DNA of 45,192 bases from Spongospora subterranea f. sp. subterranea. Taxonomy: Eukaryota. Positions 38,686-45,192 of the stretch are shown piece by piece. The notes under the pieces were generated by a model that saw nothing but the letters and a program-made list of their open reading frames with translations, did no database searches and was not told where the DNA came from. The DNA lies in contig JAUGWO010000139.1 in the NCBI GenBank assembly GCA_049724395.1, positions 124,001-169,192 of the forward strand. The letters are read 5' to 3'. The stretch's first letter is position 1, and the number at the start of each line of letters is the position of its first letter. A program made the position numbers and the translations under genes.

Positions 38686-39381
38686 TTTCAAAGATGCCGT
38701 AAGATCGACCCCCATGGTTGCACCATGGTACCGGTAGTCACAGGGCTCTCGCTGATTACTGAGGTCCCGGAAAGTTTTGCGTGACGCTCCCACCACTTGC
38801 TGAAAACCTTTTGCGCGTACATGTAAACAACTGCGTGACTGGGTACGGTTAAAACGTTTTAAACGTTTTAACCGTTTTCGTTTTTTTTTTACTTAGGAAA
38901 CGGTATTTTGTGGAAAATGGACAGAGACGACTGATGTGGCTCTTACGAGTGACCCCTAGATGGGCACTAAATGAAGTGAATGGGTGAAAAATATCTAGCA
39001 TTTGATGGAAATTGGCCTAGAAAAATTTCAGAAACTGCGTTACTGTACCCCCATGACTAGCGAGTTTTTTGCGTACGCAAACAAATTTTATTGACGGAGT
39101 AAATGCGATTTGAATTTTGGTCAAAATATTTCAAAACGTTTTAAACGTTTTAAACGTTTTTGATGACAAAAATGCGCATGTCAATTCATACTGTATGTAC
39201 GCAGTTTTCACAGACGAGCGTCGCGCACCGTCTGACACTTTTATATTATCGACGCGCTAGCCCGCCAAATACATTGCCGAAATAGCGTTGTGGGCGTTCT
39301 CCGCACGAGGGATGATATGGAGCCTCAGTTCTTCTTACTGCTCATACTGTTTTGGGCAAGCATCAGCATAACGTTGTTTCT

Positions 39382-40221
39382 ATGGGAAGAACGAAGAACG
39401 GGCCTGTATGGGGTCCAGAACATGATGCTTCCCCTCAAAAAGCCCTTGTTGAACTGGATGATGGAGTGGATGGTTACAAGGTCACAGGAAAACCTGTGAA
39501 GGATTTTAATCCGATCTTCATGCCGTTTGATTCGTCAACGCTTGCCAGAAAAATCACCGCATGCAGAAAAGCAAAAGCAGATTCCGGTAAGACAACTCTC
39601 TTTGTAAAAACATGGTGTTGAGTCAGTCGATACAATTAAATAGATACTGTCAAAGCTGACCTTGTGAGACCGTTAAGCTTAGAAGGCAAAGATGAATCGG
39701 TTTATTGTGGAAAAAGGTCTGCGGAAGACCGTTATGTTGAGGAGATCCTCAACCATAGAACCTTGGATTCTCCTGCACCGCCAGCCAAGCGATGCACAGC
39801 TGCTCGAGGGTTCGAGTCTAACCTTAAACTTCACGACATGATTGAGTACTCCAAAGGGGGGCAACATTTTTTCCTTATTATAGTTAAGATTGTTGCGCAA
39901 CATCGAATGCAGATTTCCATTGCGGACAACGCACAGAGATTGATCGTGTCATTTAGTCAAAAGACTGAGGCACCCAAGCATTATGTCCGGCAATCTTGTC
40001 AAGACAATGTTTTCGACGATGCCGAGTCGATGGCGATAATTAAGTATTTTACCGGCCAGACATCTGAAGAATTTCAGTATTCTATTCCACTGCCGAGGAA
40101 AGTAATGCCATCACATTCGGTACGAAATATCAAGTCAGCTAAAGCTGATTATACGTCAATGGTGGCGATAACATTAGTAGAGCAATCGTACGACGATACG
40201 GCGTCGTTAGACTCCTTGTAA
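39382..40221 (+). CDS. ORF2 of element B, 260 aa, exons 39382-39586 and 39644-40221; Myb/SANT-like N-terminus and HSP20/alpha-crystallin-like C-terminus (inferred)
   Basis: A 57-nt GTAAGA...AAATAG intron keeps the frame. The N-terminus is GPVWGPEHDASPQKALVEL and there is an NLS-like PPAKR. The C-terminus FFLIIVKI...MQISIADNAQRLIVSF...EEFQYSIPLPRKV...MVAITL is followed by AATAAA. Confidence 0.75.
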
Positions 40222-40345
40222 ATAAATACCTACTACAGTACACGTTCACTCCGTTTTGCCAATACGTAGTGAACTACTGGTGTACGTTGTATTGTACGTA
40301 TACATGACTATTTACCGCAGCCTCCAGTCTGAACAACCGTGTCAG

Positions 40346-42836
40346 GGCAATATCCGGATATATTTCAAAAGTGGCTCGATTGGATGACAATTATACGGGT
40401 TTTGGCAATATCCGGATATATTTCAAAAATGGCTCGATTGGATGACAATTATACGAGTTTTGGCAATATCCGGATATATTTCAAAAGTTGCTCGATTGGA
40501 TGACAATTAAACGAGTTTTGGCAATATCCGGATATATTTCAAAAGTGGCTCGATTGGATGACAATTAAACGAGTTTTGGCAATATCCGGATATATTTCAA
40601 AAGTGGCTCGATTGGATGACAATTAAACGAGTTTTGGCAATATCCGGATATATTTCAAAATGGCTCGATTGGATGACAATTATACGAGTTTTGGCAATAT
40701 CCGGATATATTTCAAAAATGGCTCGATTGGATGACAATTATACGAGTTTTGGCAATATCCGGATATATTTCAAAAGTTGCTCGATTGGATGACAATTAAA
40801 CGAGTTTTGGCAATATCCGGATATATTTCAAAAGTGGCTCGATTGGATGACAATTAAACGAGTTTTGGCAATATCCGGATATATTTCAAAAGTGGCTCGA
40901 TTGGATGACAATTAAACGAGTTTTGGCAATATCCGGATATATTTCAAAATGGCTCGATTGGATGACAATTATACGAGTTTTGGCAATATCCGGATATATT
41001 TCAAAAATGGCTCGATTGGATGACAATTAAACGAGTTTTGGCAATATCCGGATATATTTCAAAAGTGGCTCGATTGGATGACAATTATACGAGTTTTGGC
41101 AATATCCGGATATATTTCAAAAATGGCTCGATTGGATGACAATTATACGAGTTTTGGCAATATCCGGATATATTTCAAAAGTGGCTCGATTGGATGACAA
41201 TTAAACGAGTTTTGGCAATATCCGGATATCAATTTCAAAAGTGGCTCGATTGGATGACAATCAAACGAGTTTTGGCAATATCCGGATATATTTCAAAAGT
41301 GGCTCGATTGGATGACAATAATACGGGTTTTGGCAATATCCGGATATATTTCAAAAATGGCTCGATTGGATGACAATTATACGAGTTTTGGCAATATCCG
41401 GATATATTTCAAAAATGGCTCGATTGGATGACAATTAAACGAGTTTTGGCAATATCCGGATATATTTCAAAAGTGGCTCGATTGGATGACAATTAAACGA
41501 GTTTTGGCAATATCCGGATATATTTCAAAAATGGCTCGATTGGATGACAATTATACGAGTTTTGGCAATATCCGGATATATTTCAAAAGTGGCTCGATTG
41601 GATGACAATTAAACGAGTTTTGGCAATATCCGGATATATTTCAAAAATGGCTCGATTGGATGACAATTATACGAGTTTTGGCAATATCCGGATATATTTC
41701 AAAAGTGGCTCGATTGGATGACAATTATACGAGTTTTGGCAATATCCGGATATATTTCAAAAGTGGCTCGATTGGATGACAATTAAACGAGTTTTGGCAA
41801 TATCCGGATATATTTCAAAAGTGGCTCGATTGGATGACAATCAAACGAGTTTTGGCAATATCCGGATATATTTCAAAAGTGGCTCGATTGGATGACAATA
41901 ATACGGGTTTTGGCAATATCCGGATATATTTCAAAAATGGCTCGATTGGATGACAATTAAACGAGTTTTGGCAATATCCGGATATATTTCAAAACGATTG
42001 GATGACAATAATACGGGTTTTGGCAATATCCGGATATATTTCAAAAATGGCTCGATTGGATGACAATTATACGAGTTTTGGCAATATCCGGATATATTTC
42101 AAAACTGGCTCGATTGGATGACAATTATACGAGTTTTGGCAATATCCGGATATATTTCAAAAGTGGCTCGATTGGATGACAATTAAACGAGTTTTGGCAA
42201 TATCCGGATATATTTCAAAAGTGGCTCGATTGGATGACAATTATACGAGTTTTGGCAATATCCGGATATATTTCAAAACTGGCTCGATTGGATGACAATT
42301 ATACGAGTTTTGGCAATATCCGGATAATATTTCAAAAGTGGCTCGATTGGATGACAATCAAACGAGTTTTGGCAATATCCGGATATATTTCAAAAGTGGC
42401 TCGATTGGATGACAATAATACGGGTTTTGGCAATATCCGGATATATTTCAAAAATGGCTCGATTGGATGACAATTATACGAGTTTTGGCAATATCCGGAT
42501 ATATTTCAAAAGTGGCTCGATTGGATGACAATTATACGAGTTTTGGCAATATCCGGATATATTTCAAAAATGGCTCGATTGGATGACAATTATACGGGTT
42601 GTGGCAATATCCGGATATATTTCAAAAATGGCTCGATTGGATGACAATTATACGAGTTTTGGCAATATCCGGATATATTTCAAAAGTGGCTCGATTGGAT
42701 GACAATTAAACGAGGTTTGGCAATATCCGGATATATTTCAAAAGTGGCTCGATTGGATGACAATTAAACGAGGTTTGGCAATATCCGGATATATTTTAAA
42801 AGTGGCTCGATTGGATGACAATTATACGGGTTTTGG
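40346..42836. repeat. Tandem satellite, 43 x 58 bp (GGCAATATCCGGATATATTTCAAAAGTGGCTCGATTGGATGACAATTATACGAGTTTT)
   Basis: Units start at 40346, 40404, 40462 ... 42777. They are near-identical, with a few 57/59/52-bp variants, and each contains the 12-bp palindrome ATATCCGGATAT. Confidence 0.97.
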
Positions 42837-43190
42837 GGCTGATATGTTCCAATTATCCCATCTGTCAGCGGGGTCCACCTACTTATATATTTCACAACTT
42901 GAAATGTATAAGTCTTCTATAATATCGTAGCAAATTCAAATCAAAGATGGACTGTATTACTTTCCAGATCCAGTTCCTAAACGTTTTAGGAGTATACCGC
43001 AACCGCGAACTCGCAACAACATCCTCTGTATCATACGTTCTCAAAAAATACAGAGTCCATAAAAGATGTATGGGCAGGTATTTCTTTGGAAGTTCAGCGG
43101 ACTCGAGTAGGATGATCCATAACATAAGGCAAACTTTGACGCTGACCTCAAAATGAGCCCAATTATCGGCCGAACATCACTGTGTCGGTA
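42837..43190 (-). pseudogene. N-terminal remnant of a second element-B-type transposase (element C), truncated by the 58-bp array
   Basis: HFEVSVKVCLMLW...HLLWTLYFLRTYDTED...TPKTFRNWIWKVI...LNL aligns with element B's NFGISLPATLRIW...QLLWTLNFLQTYPVES...TEKTYRLWVWKGI...LNY. The intron is at the same position (donor reads CT). Exon 2 VDPADRWDNWNISAP aligns with IKFEDRFENWNRLCP and then runs into the array. Confidence 0.82.
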
Positions 43191-43662
43191 ATGTTGATAA
43201 AAGATAATCGATGACGTAAGGCGATCGAACATCCCTAGGACTTTCTTGACACTGACCTGATACCTTGTGATATCATAAAAAATGATGTCGTTGTTTGGTT
43301 TGCAGCAATCTATAAATAATTGGTGTCACATGCGTGTGAGGCCTTTGCTTGTCATTTTCATAATTAACTTCATCTGTGACATTTCTTGACGGTGGAACTA
43401 TTGAGTTGACAATGGAAACCATGCAAGAATAGCCTGTTGTGATGTAGTTGGTTGCAAAACGCTGAACCCCTCCTTCTCGACAGCGATTCACCACGTCTAA
43501 GGGCAAAAGCAATCATGAAGGATGAGCTCAAGGACGCAGACAAGGTTAGGGCTGCTCCGATACTTATACTATAAGTACAGTTAGAGTAGGCAACGGCGCA
43601 GCCTTGGGACGTCCGGACTGACAAGGGCCAAGGTCGACCATTCACCTGATTCATTCCGTGTT

Positions 43663-44857
43663 ATGTCGTCTGATCTTGACGGATCTGTTGTCGGGTCATC
43701 ATTACCATTCCCTGTCGGTTTGATTGAAGAAGAGTATTATAGATTTACTCTCGTTCCTTACGATAGCTATATTGCTACATGTTCCAATCCCATTCCTCGC
43801 CCTCGGACTGGTGTCGTCGACCTGTTCAAAATTGCAGCTGAGTCCGGTGATATTGGGTTTCTACATAAGATGAAGCAGCGATTTGGTGGTGTTTTGTATA
43901 ACGGGTATTACATTGACGCTTGTTTTCAACACGGTCATATTGAGTTTTTCAAGCATTATATATCGCTGGCAAAAGGGACATGTGTTATTGTAGAATTAGA
44001 TGATTATGAGGGAAATTTCGAACGAAATCCATCATGGGCTACTCCTCGGTATTACCTTATCAGTGATGTGTTGTCTCCCTATACCCTTAGTGCTGAATTA
44101 CACCTCGAACTGATTCGATATATCTACGAGGAAGTTATTCTAAAGTTCCCTCTGAAAGAAGAGCTGGAGAAGCTCGTGATTCCTGGTCGGGTATGTGGTC
44201 GAATGCCCGGTATTCCTACCGTTGATAAGTTGGTGTCAAGTTATCCAGGGTATCCCGACTTAACGCCCTGGGAATCTGAGTATATCCTCGACAGCACTTT
44301 TGAATCGAAGTTTCATTATATTCGAACATATCTAGTGGAAGATAGAGGTCTTCGATACAATGAGAATCTAATCGAAGAAGCCTCAGAACGATATTGCAAA
44401 GGCATTTACCATTATGTTCTAGATCACTTATTACCTGAACTAGACAAGGCCGCCATGACTGCTAAATATCCAGTTAAAGATCCGCCCGATCACCAATTCC
44501 TGTTTTTGATCCTCTGTTATTGTTGGCCTCCAGATCATCGCGCTCTGGAGGACTTGTTTTTTGGTCGTCCTGAGATGATACCGAAGATTGTCCATGTCAT
44601 CAATTTCTCTATCACGATCAGTTTCTCAATCAAATCATGGTACTATCCGATCACCGATAAACAAATTCGAGTTGCAAATTCAACAACACGCCGAACCATC
44701 AGCAACGTTTGAGGTGGTTGCACAATCGATCTGCGATGTTTTAAAGGAAGTGCTCCAAATAATGGGTGATGCTGGATATCAGGGGTTTACAGATATTGAC
44801 TGGTCTATTGAAGGTGATGTCGATTTCAATGACCAACCGGAATACATGAGATCGTGA
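43663..44857 (+). CDS. Intronless hypothetical protein with degenerate ankyrin-like repeats; probable frameshift near 44600-44700
   Basis: 349-aa ORF with KIAAESGDIGFLHKM, ACFQHGHIEFFKHYI and LHLELIRYIYE motifs. The overlapping ORF 44588-44857 likely continues it. Confidence 0.5.
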
Positions 44858-45192
44858 TTTACAAATGGTCTCTTGCTTTTCTGTTAACAGAAACCTCTGT
44901 GATCGAGAAGTTTTTTTTTTGGGCCGTGTTCAATACAAACAATGTGATTCCAGTTCTCATCTTTCTTCGGTTTCTGAAAGCCCGATTTTCCCGGTTTCGT
45001 ATCTGCCAAAAAAAAACGGATTTTCAAATATTCGTTGCTTCTGTCGATGATTGTATATTAATTTCTTGATACGAAAAGGAGACGGTCCATTTTGACAAAG
45101 AATAAGGCAATGTTCAGATCCCTAGAAACACAGCTGACAATACTAAACCAAAACACTTTCAATGATCACACATAAAGTCGTGGACACCTCCA

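Larger units (their letters stand above)
37687..40324. mobile_element. Complete PIF/Harbinger-superfamily (PHIS) DNA transposon, 2,638 bp (element B)
   Basis: Left TIR GAGGCTGCGGTAAACGGTCA (37687-37706) and right TIR TGACTATTTACCGCAGCCTC (40305-40324) match 18/20. CAG is duplicated at 37684-37686 and 40325-40327. Two intact divergent genes lie inside. Confidence 0.92.

Noticed and set aside
42234..42470. 78-aa ORF in the satellite, and an EIYPDIA reading resembling the transposase IYGDPA motif
   Set aside because: The unit length of 58 is not a multiple of 3 and stops recur. The resemblance is too short to claim the array derives from transposase coding sequence.
40346..42836. CRISPR array interpretation of the 58-bp repeats
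   Set aside because: Units are contiguous and near-identical with no unique spacers. No cas genes are present and the context is eukaryotic.
43585..43606. CGCAGCCT as a possible right TIR of element C
   Set aside because: Only 8 bp match element B's TIR, with no CWG flank and no partner end.

Overview
Gene-dense eukaryotic genomic DNA with short (~35-70 nt) GT-AG introns, from a flagellated protist. Ciliary and centriolar genes (CC2D2A, BBS1, SFI1-like, FBF1-like) are present. The gene style would fit a plasmodiophorid such as Spongospora, but that is inference only. Positions 1-35.6 kb hold about 18 host genes: CC2D2A, a PX-BAR sorting nexin, CDC20, ANAPC7, BBS1, MscL with a Zn-ribbon tail, a 7TM-RGS protein, HSP70, an AAA ATPase, a purine-permease-like transporter, an acylated GST-like protein, NAC-beta, DAHP synthase and others. 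Positions 36.3-45.2 kb are a transposon nest. An apparently intact 2,638-bp PIF/Harbinger-superfamily (DDE_Tnp_4) element spans 37687-40324, with 20-bp TIRs and a CAG target-site duplication. It carries a spliced 292-aa transposase and a divergently transcribed spliced 260-aa ORF2 that looks like a Myb-like N-terminus fused to an alpha-crystallin/HSP20-like domain. It is inserted into a decayed classical Harbinger. Next to it is a 43 x 58-bp tandem array with higher-order structure. Each unit folds into two hairpins, variation falls mostly at unpaired positions, and the unit motifs recur collinearly in the element's own intergenic region. The array abuts and truncates a second, related transposase. 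Several single-base frameshifts in conserved genes suggest residual assembly indels.
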